Assembly: GCF_000017305.1 (NCBI RefSeq) | Contig: NC_009664.2 | Location: forward strand, 2,040,001 to 2,072,000 | Direction of reading: 5' to 3' | Source of the DNA: Kineococcus radiotolerans SRS30216 = ATCC BAA-149 | GTDB taxonomy: Bacteria; Actinomycetota; Actinomycetes; Actinomycetales; Kineococcaceae | DNA: 32,000 nucleotides | Shown: one piece after another, positions 31,559 through 32,000 of the stretch | Position numbering within the stretch: position 1 is the first letter of the stretch | How the letters are laid out: each line of letters begins with the position of its first letter | The notes under the pieces: generated by a model | What the model was told of the DNA's origin: nothing | The model's input: only the letters and a program-made list of their open reading frames with translations | Databases searched by the model: none | Program-made: the position numbers and the translations under genes

Positions 31559-32000
31559 CTAAACGCTACGCGACTGGTTCGTCACTACCTGTGATTGAGA
31601 TGGGGTGTGTCGCCCGACCAGCAGCCACATCGCCGGCAGGGACAGGCAGGCCCACCACAGGTCCCCGTTCTGCACCGCCCGCGCCAGCACCGTGGGCACG
31701 CCGCGCTCGGCGAGCAGGTTCGCCCCCCACCACGGCCACGCCACCCACAGCAGCAGCAGCCCCACCACCGCGGTCACCGCGCGGGCACGCACCCGCCCGT
31801 CGCCGGCCACCGCGCCCAGCACCACGACCCCCCACAGCAGGTGGTGCAGCCAGGAGACCGGCGAGACCAGCACCGCGACCATCCCGCACGCCGCGACCTC
31901 CCCCACCAGCGACCCGCGCCGGTGCAGCGCCCGCGCCAGCGCGAACCCCGCCACCGCCGCCAGCAGCGCCAGCACCCCCCACAGCGCCGTCGTCGCCCCG
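31559..32000 (-). CDS. GT87/DUF2029-type membrane glycosyltransferase, C-terminal part (gene continues past the window end)
   Basis: The hydrophobic C-terminus includes ...VLVSPVSWLHHLLWGVVVL..., the SP(I/V)SWxHH motif typical of DUF2029/GT87 mannosyltransferase-like proteins. TAG stop at 31559. The frame stays open to 32000. Confidence 0.55.
   Translation of the reverse strand, partial: GATTALWGVLALLAAVAGFALARALHRRGSLVGEVAACGMVAVLVSPVSWLHHLLWGVVVLGAVAGDGRVRARAVTAVVGLLLLWVAWPWWGANLLAERGVPTVLARAVQNGDLWWACLSLPAMWLLVGRHTPSQSQVVTNQSRSV

Noticed and set aside
1-32000. Prophage, integrative element or genomic-island boundaries
   Set aside because: There is no integrase, transposase, tRNA gene or flanking direct repeats. 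There is no large compositional shift; only two ~80-bp AT-richer intergenic patches. The jet operon appears embedded in ordinary chromosomal context.

Overview
Very GC-rich (by eye >70% GC, third codon positions almost all G/C), densely coding, actinobacterial-type chromosomal segment. I call 32 protein genes (one truncated at the right edge). I found no rRNA, tRNA, CRISPR array, integrase or transposase. Housekeeping anchors are serS, pheA, a WhiB-family regulator, the proteasome activator Bpa (C-terminal GQYL) and the 3' end of a GT87/DUF2029-type membrane glycosyltransferase.

Notable content:
1. A translationally coupled jetA-jetB-jetC (MksF/E/B-like, Wadjet/condensin-type) operon at 654-6345. 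Its usual fourth gene (jetD/mksG Toprim nuclease) is missing from the expected position, which holds a TetR gene with its own operator-like repeat. A GPP34-family gene and a small conserved ORF precede the operon on the same strand.
2. A signal-peptide-less S1 (His/Asp/Ser) protease, start/stop-overlapped with an 89-aa protein that by eye resembles the protease's own N-terminal domain. It lies just downstream of bpa.
3. A GTGA-coupled c-di-GMP pair: TM-degenerate GGDEF-EAL-GAF-GAF followed by a TM-GGEEF cyclase.
4. An orphan TerD-vWA fusion.
5. A loose co-directional cluster of SAM methyltransferase, nucleoside-deoxyribosyltransferase-like protein, small Cys-containing protein and Cof-type HAD phosphatase.
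6. A divergent TetR/MFS efflux pair, plus several short tandem repeats, palindromes and GC-rich hairpins in intergenic DNA.

Most very long ORFs in the six-frame track (for example 429-4649 +) are high-GC shadow ORFs, and I rejected them. All family assignments come from reading motifs in the translations. No database search or computation was run.
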